In this document: in pieces, positions 48,182 to 58,360 of the stretch | How positions within the stretch are numbered: the stretch's first letter is position 1 | Layout: each line of letters starts with the position of its first letter | Source: an uncultured Gammaproteobacteria bacterium | Lineage (GTDB): Bacteria; Patescibacteriota; Microgenomatia; Levybacterales; GWA1-39-11 | Assembly (NCBI GenBank): GCA_964651815.1 | Contig: CAZYWG010000007.1 | Location: 5,129 to 69,128, forward strand | DNA: 64,000 bases | Direction of reading: 5' to 3' | Notes under the pieces: model-generated | Databases searched by the model: none | What the model was told of the DNA's origin: nothing | What the model saw: the letters and a program-made list of their open reading frames with translations, nothing else | Program-made: the position numbers and the translations under genes

Positions 48182-48440
48182 TGTGGCAAGCATTGAAGAT
48201 CGAATAAAATTGATAGAGGAACGAAATAAGAAAGTTGAAATTGATAAAGCTTGGGAAATAAGCTGGACTCGCCGAATTCTAATTGCGATTTTTACCTATC
48301 TTGCCATTGCGCTTTATCTTGAATTTATTGTAGGAATTAATCCGTGGATTAATGCAATAGTTCCAACAGTTGGATTTTTACTGTCAACTTTAACCCTACC
48401 ATTTTTTAAATCCCTCTGGCAAAAATATTTGAATAAATAA
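48182..48440 (+). CDS. hypothetical small membrane protein (GTG start, uncertain)
   Basis: About 85 aa with one or two TM helices; the six-frame ORF otherwise overlaps the PBP 3' end. Confidence 0.3.
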
Positions 48441-48444
48441 ACAC

Positions 48445-49734
48445 TTACCCTAGTTGCGCAAAAGTTAGTCCTAAAATTAATGCAAAGATTATTTCTCCTT
48501 GTTCTAGTGTCAGGAAAAAATGGTCAAAAAGTCCAACGATAATGACTGAAATTAATGTAAACAAAATACATTTGTAAAAGGTTCGTAGTTCATAGTTTGG
48601 AGTTCGTAGTTTATTTGTGAGCGAACGAAATGCCAGTACAAAAGCGGCAGGAAAAATCCAAAAACCAAACAAACCCAAAGAGAGTAGAGCTAATGCAAAA
48701 ATATTGTGAATCGGTTGAAAATTGGTAGGCGAGATGATTTTTATAAGAGGCGCCTGGTTTATAAAAAAATTATTTAATCCTATTCCAAAATAGGGGTTGT
48801 TTTTAAAAATTGTGAATGACTCTAAAAACAGTTCTTGTCTAAAATCAAGACCACGAAATAGAAATTGCGAGGCAAATATTTGAGGGAGGAGAATATAAAG
48901 AAAGATTAACAGAGACAGAAAAACAGGCACAATATATTTTATGTTACGTTTTCCTTTCGTGTAAAGTTCACCTATTGCAACCATAATAGCGAGCATTATT
49001 ACAATTCTTGAGAATGTTAAAACCAAAGCAATAGAGGAGAGCAAAATTGATAAAATAAGAAAAATTTTAAGCGGTAGTTTTTTTTCATGTAGTATACTGT
49101 GTACTGAAAAAAAAATTGACATCAAGAGAAAAAAGGCAAGAATATTGGGATGAGGAAAAGCAGCATATGGACGCAAAATCTGTTGATTTAAATTGACTGT
49201 TGAAATTCCAATGGTTGAAGTATTAAAAGTCCGCTCACCCAAAAAATACCAAATACCACCAACAGACGACTGAATCATAAACTGCCAAATGGCAAGGATA
49301 GATGAAACAAGTGCCGAAAATGAAAGGGCGTAGACAAAATTTGGGATGTCCTCTTTCTTAAAAGTTTTTGCAACTACCCATCCAAAAAATCCAAATTCAA
49401 CAATTTTTAAAATACCAAAAAAGTGCGCTAGTGGCGACTTGGAAATAAAAATATTGATTATCAAATCGAGGAAAAAAATCAGAAATAACAACTTTAAAGT
49501 GGTAACCGGAAATATTGAACTTTTCTCCTTGAAACGAAATATTTTTTTATCCTTTAATGCCGACACAAAAATAAACAAGATTATCAATACATCAAGTAAG
49601 TAAAGAGTTGGGGATAAATAATCTATTCGGGCACCATTAACAAAAGCAAACCTTGGCCAAAAATGAAGCCCAAATTGTGAAGAGAGGAAAAAAGCAATCA
49701 AAAAGAATAAATATTTTTGAGGACGCTCAAACAT
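48445..49734 (-). CDS. O-antigen ligase / polymerase-like polytopic membrane protein
   Basis: 429 aa, about 10-12 TM helices; Wzy/WaaL-like topology only. Confidence 0.45.
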   Translation of the reverse strand: MFERPQKYLFFLIAFFLSSQFGLHFWPRFAFVNGARIDYLSPTLYLLDVLIILFIFVSALKDKKIFRFKEKSSIFPVTTLKLLFLIFFLDLIINIFISKSPLAHFFGILKIVEFGFFGWVVAKTFKKEDIPNFVYALSFSALVSSILAIWQFMIQSSVGGIWYFLGERTFNTSTIGISTVNLNQQILRPYAAFPHPNILAFFLLMSIFFSVHSILHEKKLPLKIFLILSILLSSIALVLTFSRIVIMLAIMVAIGELYTKGKRNIKYIVPVFLSLLIFLYILLPQIFASQFLFRGLDFRQELFLESFTIFKNNPYFGIGLNNFFINQAPLIKIISPTNFQPIHNIFALALLSLGLFGFWIFPAAFVLAFRSLTNKLRTPNYELRTFYKCILFTLISVIIVGLFDHFFLTLEQGEIIFALILGLTFAQLG

Positions 49735-49777
49735 GGAGGTAGTTTACTACAAAATGGCAATTTGACAATGCTTGCAG

Positions 49778-50227
49778 CTATTTTTTCTTAATTACCAAAA
49801 CACGGTCGCGGTCTTCACCCTCTGACTCACTTGCTACGTCGCCATCTTCTGCTAAAAACATATGCACAACCCTTCTTTCCCAAGGCTTTAACCCTCTGAC
49901 TGTTTTCTCATTTCCTGTTTCAACAACTTCATCTCTGAGTCTTCCTGCCAAATCCTTAAGATAATCTTCACGTGCCTGCCTGTAACCGCCAACTTCAATC
50001 ACAATTCTTTTGAACTCCCCAATTTTCTTTGCAACAATAAGCGACAAGATTAATTCAAGTGACGATAAGGTGTTCCCATGTTTTCCAATTAGAAGTGCGT
50101 TTTCATCTGTGTCAATATGAACACTAATGGAGTCCGCCGAGCTTTCAACTTTAATAGTTCCTTTTGTACCAATTTTCGCAAGTAAGAGTTCTGCCTCTTC
50201 TTTTACAGTCTTATTTATTTCTTCCAT
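49778..50227 (-). CDS. khpB: Jag/KhpB RNA-binding protein (KH plus R3H)
   Basis: KH-like GKHGNTLSSLE and a C-terminal R3H-like region; conserved position downstream of yidC. Confidence 0.75.
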   Translation of the reverse strand: MEEINKTVKEEAELLLAKIGTKGTIKVESSADSISVHIDTDENALLIGKHGNTLSSLELILSLIVAKKIGEFKRIVIEVGGYRQAREDYLKDLAGRLRDEVVETGNEKTVRGLKPWERRVVHMFLAEDGDVASESEGEDRDRVLVIKKK

Positions 50228-51047
50228 GTAATTTTACTTTTCTAAAATATGGCGAAGCGCTTCCTGCTCCTACCAAAAGATATTGCTGGAGTATACCAAA
50301 AATCGTGAACGTATTCCAGTAAAGAGAGAGCCCGATTGGGAATGAAAAAGAAAAATAGCCTATCATAATGGGGAAAAGTATCATAGATTGTTTTTGGAAT
50401 GCTGCTTGAAAATCATCATCTTTTTTTCCTTCTTTTTTAACCACGGGCGTAATTCCAGATTCTTCCGGCATCATCATTTTTGAAAGTACAAACTGGAAAA
50501 CTCCGGTCAGAATAGGGACGAGAACTATGAGCGGCATATGCCCAAAAATTTGCGAGGGGGAACTTCCAAGGGGAAGACCAAAAAAAGAAGTGTCCCAAAC
50601 CCGCTGTAATTTTAAAAAATCAAAATACAAAACTTTATTAATTGGGGCAAGCAGTTTAACCGTATGAATGTTGACTGCAGTCCTTAATACGTAGTAAAGA
50701 CTGATTGTAATTGGAAGTTGAATTAAAAGCGGTAGACACCCAGCAGCAGGATTAACACCGTGTTCTTTATATAACTTCATCATTTCTTCATTTTGTCTCT
50801 TGCTGTCCCCTTTGTGTTTTTCGCGAATTGCCGACATGTGAGGAGCAATCCTTTGCATTTTAGCAGCTGACTTTATTTGAGAAGAAGTAAATGGATAAAG
50901 AACAAGTCTAATTGCGGAAGTTAAGGCAATAATTGAAAGACCAAAAGCAAATGGAATATGTGCTAAAACAAACAGCTTATAAAACCCTACCAAGAGATTG
51001 GTAATTGGATTTGTAATTATGATGTTAAAAATGTCAAAAATTCCCAT
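50211..51047 (-). CDS. yidC: membrane protein insertase YidC (short form)
   Basis: 278 aa, five TM helices, conserved YidC/Oxa1 core; operon context. Confidence 0.85.
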   Translation of the reverse strand: MGIFDIFNIIITNPITNLLVGFYKLFVLAHIPFAFGLSIIALTSAIRLVLYPFTSSQIKSAAKMQRIAPHMSAIREKHKGDSKRQNEEMMKLYKEHGVNPAAGCLPLLIQLPITISLYYVLRTAVNIHTVKLLAPINKVLYFDFLKLQRVWDTSFFGLPLGSSPSQIFGHMPLIVLVPILTGVFQFVLSKMMMPEESGITPVVKKEGKKDDDFQAAFQKQSMILFPIMIGYFSFSFPIGLSLYWNTFTIFGILQQYLLVGAGSASPYFRKVKLHGRNK

Positions 51048-51351
51048 TTATTTTATTTTTAATAACTTGTTCAATTTCTTTTTCAATATTTAAGTTTTCA
51101 ACCGCGTACTTTTTAACGTAGAATACTAAATTAAAAGGTTCATTTACTTTTATCAGGCTCGCTACGACTACTAAAATCTTTCTCTTAATTTTGTTTCTGA
51201 CAACGGCGCGCTTGTCTACCTTTTTGCTTACAACTACTCCAACTTTTAAACCTTCATCATTCTTATCGTATCGGAGCGTAAATGATTGGGAGTTAAAAAT
51301 ATTTTTTGGTAGCTTTTTTTTAAAAGAGAAACGATTTTTTCTGGAAAACAT
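51034..51351 (-). CDS. rnpA: ribonuclease P protein component
   Basis: 105 aa, basic; its start ATG overlaps the rpmH stop (TAATG). Confidence 0.8.
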   Translation of the reverse strand: MFSRKNRFSFKKKLPKNIFNSQSFTLRYDKNDEGLKVGVVVSKKVDKRAVVRNKIKRKILVVVASLIKVNEPFNLVFYVKKYAVENLNIEKEIEQVIKNKINGNF

Positions 51352-51482
51352 TAAATTCTCTTTCGGCCTTTAAGTCTTCTGCGTTTAATTACGAGTTTTC
51401 CGGTGTGTGTTTTAACACGACCTAAAAATCCATGCTTACGCTTACCTTTTAATTTTTTATGTTTTGTTAATTTTTCCGGCAC
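51351..51482 (-). CDS. rpmH: 50S ribosomal protein L34
   Basis: Hand-translated 43 aa (GTG start): PEKLTKHKKLKGKRKHGFLGRVKTHTGKLVIKRRRLKGRKRI. Too short for the six-frame track. Confidence 0.8.
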   Translation of the reverse strand: MPEKLTKHKKLKGKRKHGFLGRVKTHTGKLVIKRRRLKGRKRI

Positions 51483-51502
51483 AAAGCTTATTATAACTAA
51501 AA

Positions 51503-51518
51503 TTGTGCGCAATCACAA
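51503..51518. promoter_or_regulatory. palindrome TTGTG-cgcaat-CACAA in the rpmH/gap divergent promoter region
   Basis: Inverted repeat. Also flanked by ACAAAGCTT / AAGCTTGT inverted repeats and a 3x ATTCGTT direct repeat upstream of gap. Confidence 0.25.
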
Positions 51519-51617
51519 CAAGCTTGTATTGCAAATTTAAAAACTGGCCCCGAATGTTATTATCGATCATTCTTTTTTCCCCTTGATTCGTAATTCGTTA
51601 TTCGTTATTCTATTAGT

Positions 51618-52706
51618 ATGCTGAAGGTTGCAATAAACGGTTATGGAAGAATAGGGAGAGTAGGGCATAGAGTAATCCTTCTTTCACATACTGACGAAAT
51701 TGAAGTTGTTGCAATTAATGCCGGCTCATCAACTGACATCACGGGCTGGATGTACCTCTTGAAATACGATACTACCTACGGACAACTACAAAATATTTCT
51801 CTTTCTGTTAAAAAGGCAGAAGAAGTAACACTTCCATTCCAGAGTCAGACTCCAATTATAGGTGCGTTAGTTATTGATGGGCATGAGATCCCTGTTTTTT
51901 CAGGACGCGAGCCTGAAAAACTTCCGTGGAAAGATTTAAATGTTGACGTTGTTATTGAATCAACTGGCGCATTTACTACACAAGAAGCTCTCCAAAAACA
52001 TATAACAGCCGGTGCAAAAGCTGCAATTTTGTCAGCACCTTATAAAGATGAGGCAAGCGGCGCAACTTACGTTCTTGGAGTAAATTTGCCCCAAGACGGT
52101 AGCGGAAAAACAGAAAACATTATAAGTAATGCTTCTTGTACAACAAATTGCATAGCTCCTGTCGCGCATGTAATGGAAACAACTTTTGGGATTGAAAAAG
52201 CTATGATGACTACAATTCACGGATATACATCAGACCAAAAACTTCAAGATGGAGGCCATAAAGATTATCGCCGCGCCCGGGCCGCTGCTGAAAATATTAT
52301 TCCAACGTCAACAGGCGCAACAAAAGCCGCGGCCAAAGCAATTCCAGCGTTAGCTGGGATTTTTAATGGACTTGCAATCAGGGTTCCTGTCCCAACCGGA
52401 TCTTTATCAGACTTTACCTTCTTAGTAAAAAGGCCAACAACTGTTGAAGAAGTAAATCAAGCTTTAGAGCAGGCTTCAAAAGAGGCAAAGTTTGAAGGAA
52501 TTTTGCAAACGACACATGATCCAATTGTCTCATCAGATATAATAGGTAACTATCATTCTGCAATCGCCGATCTTTCCCTTACTCAAGTTGTCGGAGGAAA
52601 CATGGTAAAAATAATAGCTTGGTATGACAATGAATTTGGCTATTCTAACAGGTTGGTAGAAGAAACGATCCTTCTCGGAAGGCAGGTGCAAGCACCGGCT
52701 GCATGA
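51618..52706 (+). CDS. gap: glyceraldehyde-3-phosphate dehydrogenase
   Basis: NGYGRIGR NAD-binding motif, active site ASCTTNC. Confidence 0.9.
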   Translation: MLKVAINGYGRIGRVGHRVILLSHTDEIEVVAINAGSSTDITGWMYLLKYDTTYGQLQNISLSVKKAEEVTLPFQSQTPIIGALVIDGHEIPVFSGREPEKLPWKDLNVDVVIESTGAFTTQEALQKHITAGAKAAILSAPYKDEASGATYVLGVNLPQDGSGKTENIISNASCTTNCIAPVAHVMETTFGIEKAMMTTIHGYTSDQKLQDGGHKDYRRARAAAENIIPTSTGATKAAAKAIPALAGIFNGLAIRVPVPTGSLSDFTFLVKRPTTVEEVNQALEQASKEAKFEGILQTTHDPIVSSDIIGNYHSAIADLSLTQVVGGNMVKIIAWYDNEFGYSNRLVEETILLGRQVQAPAA

Positions 52707-53287
52707 GCACTCCTCAAGAACTCCCAGGAATTTTAAATATAACAGTCTCCGGACGTATTGGTAGTGGAGCCACAACGCTTGCCACTCATCTCTCACAAGT
52801 TTTAGGTTGGAATCTTCTTGATGGTGGAAAAATAATGAGAAAAATTCAAGTAGATATTGGGGCTGGTGTTGAAGAAACAAGTAAACGCCCGGACCACTTT
52901 GATTTAGAATATGAAGAAAGAATTAAAAAAATGCTAACTGATGAATCACATAACATAATTCAAAGTCATCTGGCAGGATTTGATGCTCAGGGAATTAAAA
53001 ATGTTTTTAAAATTTTGGTTTTATGCGAAGATAGGGACGGAAATGACAAGGCTGACGTCAGAATTGATAGGCTTGTAAACAGGGACGGCGCGTCACTTGA
53101 AAAAGCAAAACATGAAGTTATGGAACGCGACAGACAAAACCTGGAGAAGTGGAGAAGACTTTATGCAAAAAATGACCAAGCGTGGGTTTATTGGGACAAA
53201 AAATACTACGACCTTGTTGTAAATACTTATGATAAAAGCCAAGACGAAACATTTCAAACCGCAAAGACTGCTCTAGGATTAAAATAA
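52703..53287 (+). CDS. cmk: cytidylate kinase-like P-loop kinase
   Basis: ITVSGRIGSGATTLATHLSQVLGWNLLDGGKIMR parallels the CMP kinase N-terminus (ITIDGPSGAGKGT..W..LDSGAIYR). Confidence 0.55.
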   Translation: MSTPQELPGILNITVSGRIGSGATTLATHLSQVLGWNLLDGGKIMRKIQVDIGAGVEETSKRPDHFDLEYEERIKKMLTDESHNIIQSHLAGFDAQGIKNVFKILVLCEDRDGNDKADVRIDRLVNRDGASLEKAKHEVMERDRQNLEKWRRLYAKNDQAWVYWDKKYYDLVVNTYDKSQDETFQTAKTALGLK

Positions 53288-53322
53288 AAGATACTTCGAT
53301 AATTCACTTTGTGAGTGTTGTA

Positions 53323-53688
53323 TTAGAACCCGGATATATTCTCAAGATGCTCGATGTTTTTGAGTTTATTGTCAGTTGTCACTATTATTCCAATAGCATC
53401 AATCCGCATATCATTTGGTAAATTAGGGTGAAGTGATTTATAAAATTGTGATAATTGAACCAGGTGGCGCACTTTATATGTAGAAATTCCTTCAAGCGGA
53501 GACCCATATGAAGCAGAAGTTCGAGTTTTTACCTCAATAAAGACAAGTGTCGAATCATGTATTGCGATGATATCAATCTCTTCATATTTCTTCCTGAAAT
53601 TTCGCTCAATTATTTGATAACCTTTATTTTTAAGATAATCTACTGCAATATCCTCGCCTAAAATTCCTATAGGATTTACAATTTTCAT
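53323..53688 (-). CDS. yraN: YraN-family (UPF0102) endonuclease-like protein
   Basis: 121 aa; GEDIAVDYL ... EIDIIA ... LVFIEVK pattern. Confidence 0.8.
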   Translation of the reverse strand: MKIVNPIGILGEDIAVDYLKNKGYQIIERNFRKKYEEIDIIAIHDSTLVFIEVKTRTSASYGSPLEGISTYKVRHLVQLSQFYKSLHPNLPNDMRIDAIGIIVTTDNKLKNIEHLENISGF

Positions 53689-53690
53689 TG

Positions 53691-54773
53691 CTATTTTTCG
53701 AGTGAGGCTATTCCGGGGAGTTTGTGGCCAGAGAGAAATTCTAACATCGCGCCTCCACCGGTTGATACAAAATCAAATTTGTTAAGTAAATTCAAGCGTC
53801 GTAAATACGACAATGTATCACCGCCACCCACAACTTTATATGCGTGAGTATTAACGATAAATTCAGCCAAAATTTTTGTACTTTTTTCAGTCTCCTCGCC
53901 TTTTCCTATTAAACCAACCGGACCATTCCATACTATTGTTGCGGCCATCCCAAGAATCTGGCAAAAATTCTCAGCTGATTTTGGTGTAATATCTTTTCCA
54001 TCATCATTCATCTCAGAAACAAAAACGGCAGATTTTTTCCCTACAATTTTTTCGTGTTGAACTTTTATCAACACGCCCGTCTGCTCGGCAATTTCCCCGC
54101 CAACCAGAACGTAGTCTGCCGTGTGGTGCATCTTCTCAACAAGTGGCAATTTTGTCTCAATTTTTGCCCCCCCAATTAATATTGCCAATGGTCTTTTTGG
54201 ATTTTGCAATATCTTTGATAGTTCCTCTACCTCTTTTTCCATATGCAGGCCTGCATATGACGGCAAGAATTTAGTAATGCCAACTATACTTGCATGATTT
54301 CTGTGTGAAACAGCAAATGCGTCATTTACATAAATATCCCCAAGGAGCGCGAGCTCGCGGCTAAACTCAGAGTCCCCTTCCTCTTCTTCTTTAAAAAACC
54401 GGATATTCTCGATTAAACTAACGCGGTCTGTAATTTTCCACGCTTTAAATCTTCCAATTGCTATAGGCTCTATTTTACCCTCAAGTTTGCCTCCAAACCA
54501 TTTTGCTATAGGCTCTAAAGTTAGCTTTGTGTCTTCACCTTTCGGACGCCCCAAGTGTCCCACAATATTTACCTCCGCACCTTTTTGGAGCAATAATTTT
54601 AGAGTTGGAATAGAAGAGGTGAGTCTAGTATCATCCAAAATTTTAGGCCCCTCAAGATCTACATCAGTATCAATTCTTAAAAGAACAGTTTTTCCTGTGA
54701 GATTTGCGAGAGAATCAATAGAACGGAGTTTGCCCACTTTATTTTTTATACTATAAAGTTGGTCGAGATACAA
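53691..54773 (-). CDS. pgk: phosphoglycerate kinase
   Basis: LLRIDTDV...DDTRL and HLGRPKG N-domain motifs; C-domain GGGDT. Confidence 0.88.
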   Translation of the reverse strand: MYLDQLYSIKNKVGKLRSIDSLANLTGKTVLLRIDTDVDLEGPKILDDTRLTSSIPTLKLLLQKGAEVNIVGHLGRPKGEDTKLTLEPIAKWFGGKLEGKIEPIAIGRFKAWKITDRVSLIENIRFFKEEEEGDSEFSRELALLGDIYVNDAFAVSHRNHASIVGITKFLPSYAGLHMEKEVEELSKILQNPKRPLAILIGGAKIETKLPLVEKMHHTADYVLVGGEIAEQTGVLIKVQHEKIVGKKSAVFVSEMNDDGKDITPKSAENFCQILGMAATIVWNGPVGLIGKGEETEKSTKILAEFIVNTHAYKVVGGGDTLSYLRRLNLLNKFDFVSTGGGAMLEFLSGHKLPGIASLEK

Positions 54774-54788
54774 ATTATTGAACGAGTC

Positions 54789-57167
54789 TTATTGAGCTCC
54801 AGGTGTTAGAGTTGGAGTTGGTGGGGTAGAACATGAAACTGAATCTTCTGTCCCTTTCACAAAATATCTATCCATTCCAATACAATATTTCTTAACAACG
54901 TCAGGCGGAACTATTACAGCCGACGCAGTCCCGACCCTTTGAAGCATTGAGCTCATTATTTTATTCCACATAGGAGCAGCCCCTGTAATTCCTGACGCAA
55001 GAGCAGGATTCATAGGTGAATTATCATTATTTCCTACCCAAGTTGCAACCAAAATGTTAGGAGTAAATCCAACTGTCCAATTGTCACGTTTATCGTCAGT
55101 AGTCCCTGTCTTGACTGAAACTCGTGCGCCGGGAATTTTAAGAGGAGTATTCAACCCGAATTCAATGCTTCTTGCATTGTTGTCTGCCAAAATATCCGAG
55201 ATGATAAATGCAACACCTGGATCAACAATTGGAGCGGGTACTGGAGTCTTTTTATAAATAGATTTGCCGTACGAATCTTTTATTTCAAGGATTGGGTCTA
55301 GATCAACTCTGTTTCCTTCATTTGCAATAGCTCCATATGCAGTTGCTAGGTCTGTCATCATAACATCAACCCCACCAAGCGTTATTGAAACTCCATAATT
55401 TGTAACCCCCTCCCAAGAGGAAATTCCCATTCTTTCACCAAAATTTTTGACAGTGGTTGCTCCAAATTTCTGAGTAAGACGAACGGGTGGAATGTTAAAT
55501 GAATTGGCAAAGGCAGTCCTCAACGGAACTCTCCCATGAAAGGTTCCGTCATAATTTACAGGGGAATAGGAAGGGCTTCCGTCAACACCAGGGATAGTTA
55601 AAGGCGTATCATCCATTATCGAAGCTTCTGTATAGCCTTGTGAAAGAGCAAGAGAATAGGTTATAAGCTTAATTGACGAACCCGGTTGACGAAGAGATGT
55701 TGTCAGATTTACATTTCCATCGTGATCGGCGTCAAAATAATCGCGAGATCCAATCATTGCCAAAATATCTCCGTTTACTGGTGAGGTAACAAGCGAAGCA
55801 CCGTTTCCTATATTTAGGTTGGAATCCGAGTTAACCTCATCAGATACGATTCTTTGAACCTGATTTTGGATATTGAGATCAAGACTTGTTCTTACAGTCA
55901 AGCCTCCGCGTTCTACAGCGCTAATTCCATAACGATTTTCTAGAAGTCTTCTTACATACATTACAAAGTGTGGTGCTTTAAGCGGAATATTAGGACTTTT
56001 AAATGACAACTCTTCGGCAAATGCACGGTCTTCATCTGCTTTTGATATATAACCTTGTTTTTGCATTGAATCAAGAACCTGCTTCTGACGTCTTTTCCAA
56101 GTATTACCTGTGTTAAAAAAAGGTGAATAGTCTGATGGAGACTGAGGAAGACCGGCAAGAAATGCGGCTTGGGCTAGATCCAAATCCTGTACTTTTTCGC
56201 CAAAATATATATCGGCTGCTGATTGAACACCCCATGCTGTCCCACCGTAAGGCACATAGTTGAGATATAACTCTAAAATTTTATCTTTTGGATAGACGCG
56301 TTCCGCCCAAAAAGCAAGAGCGATTTCCTTAATTTTACGTACAACTGTTGGATCCGGTGAAAGAAGTGCCGATTTTATAAGTTGCTGAGTTATTGTGGAA
56401 CCACCTTGAAACCCTTTTTGTCTGATATCTGTAACAAAGGCACGAACCATTCCTCTAAGATCAAATCCGGGGTGATTGTAAAAATCCTTATCTTCAATTG
56501 CAATTGTCGCCTCCCGAAGATACGCAGGAACCGTTGAAAGTGGAACTACAGTTCTATTCTGATTTGCATATATTTCATAAAGAAGACTCCCATTTCTATC
56601 AAATATTTTTGTGGTTTTGGGGATAAAATTAACCGATAAATCTGAAAGATTAGGTAGGTCTGAGACAAAAATAAGCGAAACTAGAGGGACGAATATAAAA
56701 ATTAGTGAGAAAAGAAAACCCACAAAGACGTATTTCAATTTATAGAATATTGAGGGCCTCAAACCACTGCTTTTGAGCCTTTCAAGACGTCTTTGTTCTG
56801 CCATTTTTTGGGCCCTAACTCTTAATCTATGTATGCGATAAGAAGAAAACATTCGTATCGGCAAACTAAAAATAACACTAAATATTTTTTTGATTGCCTT
56901 AAACAAAAGGATTAATACAATAACTGGCGAGGCTACTATTTTTTTAACTATCTTAAAAAAGGGGATTCTAACTGATATTTTGTAGTGCTTATAAATTTGT
57001 TTTTTGGGGGAGGTTAGCCTAAATTCTCCGCTAAGCTTTCGCCTCGTATTAACCTGAGAAATAAATCTCAACATTTTCAATGGATACAAAAACAAAAAAA
57101 TTACGGCGTCCCCGACTGAGATCAAAAAATTGACAATCAAATTCATTAAAGTTTCAATAGCATCCAT
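54789..57167 (-). CDS. penicillin-binding protein 1A (second class-A PBP)
   Basis: IEDKDFYNHPGFD and GGSTITQQLIKS (transglycosylase), SGSSIKL (transpeptidase); N-terminal TM. Confidence 0.85.
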   Translation of the reverse strand: MDAIETLMNLIVNFLISVGDAVIFLFLYPLKMLRFISQVNTRRKLSGEFRLTSPKKQIYKHYKISVRIPFFKIVKKIVASPVIVLILLFKAIKKIFSVIFSLPIRMFSSYRIHRLRVRAQKMAEQRRLERLKSSGLRPSIFYKLKYVFVGFLFSLIFIFVPLVSLIFVSDLPNLSDLSVNFIPKTTKIFDRNGSLLYEIYANQNRTVVPLSTVPAYLREATIAIEDKDFYNHPGFDLRGMVRAFVTDIRQKGFQGGSTITQQLIKSALLSPDPTVVRKIKEIALAFWAERVYPKDKILELYLNYVPYGGTAWGVQSAADIYFGEKVQDLDLAQAAFLAGLPQSPSDYSPFFNTGNTWKRRQKQVLDSMQKQGYISKADEDRAFAEELSFKSPNIPLKAPHFVMYVRRLLENRYGISAVERGGLTVRTSLDLNIQNQVQRIVSDEVNSDSNLNIGNGASLVTSPVNGDILAMIGSRDYFDADHDGNVNLTTSLRQPGSSIKLITYSLALSQGYTEASIMDDTPLTIPGVDGSPSYSPVNYDGTFHGRVPLRTAFANSFNIPPVRLTQKFGATTVKNFGERMGISSWEGVTNYGVSITLGGVDVMMTDLATAYGAIANEGNRVDLDPILEIKDSYGKSIYKKTPVPAPIVDPGVAFIISDILADNNARSIEFGLNTPLKIPGARVSVKTGTTDDKRDNWTVGFTPNILVATWVGNNDNSPMNPALASGITGAAPMWNKIMSSMLQRVGTASAVIVPPDVVKKYCIGMDRYFVKGTEDSVSCSTPPTPTLTPGAQ

Positions 57168-57379
57168 ATCTTTGAGGGCAGACAGCAGAAATATCCTGCC
57201 GAAGGGCAGGACTAATTTGCTTGATTATAACAGGCAAAAACTGCCGTGGAAAGAGGATTTTAATAAATCCTGCAACCACGATCTTACGATCGGGATCGTT
57301 TTGTATATTACCCTTCGATCTTTAGAATGGGGTTTTTGGGTTAAGAATAAAGCTCGTTTTCTCTTTTGCTTTTTGACTT

Positions 57380-58360
57380 TTGACTTCATACAATAGTTAT
57401 ATGCACATTCTTGTTGTTGGTTCATCCGTTATTGACCTCTTCATGACCGTTGATAAAAACCACATTGAAACGCGGGACCGCAAGGTAATCCTAAATCTGG
57501 GAGACAAAATCCCATCCGAAATAAAGAAATTGGCTGTTGGTGGAAATGGGGCAAATGTTTCAGTAGGACTTTGCCGCCTTGAAATTCCGGCGAGTTTTTA
57601 CACTTATCTTGGAAGTGATGTATTATCCCGGAAGATTGAAGAAGATTTATCCCGTGAGGGAGTGGCTCTTGCATCAAAAAGGGGGGCTATACAAAATGCT
57701 CCGCTCCATATTATTCTTGATTTTACGGAAGACCGTGTAATTCTTTCTCACTATGAGCACGTAGATCATGATTTCTCATACGATGGGCAAGAAAAATTTG
57801 ATTTTATTTTCTTAAATTCTTTAGCTGACACCTGGGAGGGTGCTTATCAAAAGGTCTATGATTACGCAAAGAAAAATAATATTCCCTTTGCTTTTTCACC
57901 CGGATCAAGACAATTAGATAGGTTGGATGATTTAATTTATCAAATTATCGGCCACACAAAAATATTTTTCTCCAATAAAGAAGAGGCCGTGAGAATTATA
58001 AAAAAAGAGGAGACCGATATCAAAGTTATTCTCAAAGAGTTGAAGAAACTCGGTCCGAGTATTATTTCTGTTACAGATGGCCCTAACGGCGCGTATGCAA
58101 TTGACGAAAATAATAATTGTTATTTCATAAAACCTGCACCAACTGACTCTACAGAAAAAACAGGCGCTGGAGACGCTTATGCAACCGGGTTTTTTGCTTC
58201 AATACTTCACGGAAATAATACTTCAACCGCCATGACATGGGGCACTCTTAATGCGGGAGGAGTTATGCAGGATGTGGGAGCAGAAAGTGGTCTTCTTTCC
58301 AAAGAGGAACTTGACAGACAGCTTAAAGAACACAATAATTTAAAAGCCGAATTAATATGA
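57380..58360 (+). CDS. PfkB-family carbohydrate kinase
   Basis: N-terminal VVGSSVIDLF; C-terminal TGAGDAYATGF (PfkB signature 2). Confidence 0.8.
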   Translation: MTSYNSYMHILVVGSSVIDLFMTVDKNHIETRDRKVILNLGDKIPSEIKKLAVGGNGANVSVGLCRLEIPASFYTYLGSDVLSRKIEEDLSREGVALASKRGAIQNAPLHIILDFTEDRVILSHYEHVDHDFSYDGQEKFDFIFLNSLADTWEGAYQKVYDYAKKNNIPFAFSPGSRQLDRLDDLIYQIIGHTKIFFSNKEEAVRIIKKEETDIKVILKELKKLGPSIISVTDGPNGAYAIDENNNCYFIKPAPTDSTEKTGAGDAYATGFFASILHGNNTSTAMTWGTLNAGGVMQDVGAESGLLSKEELDRQLKEHNNLKAELI

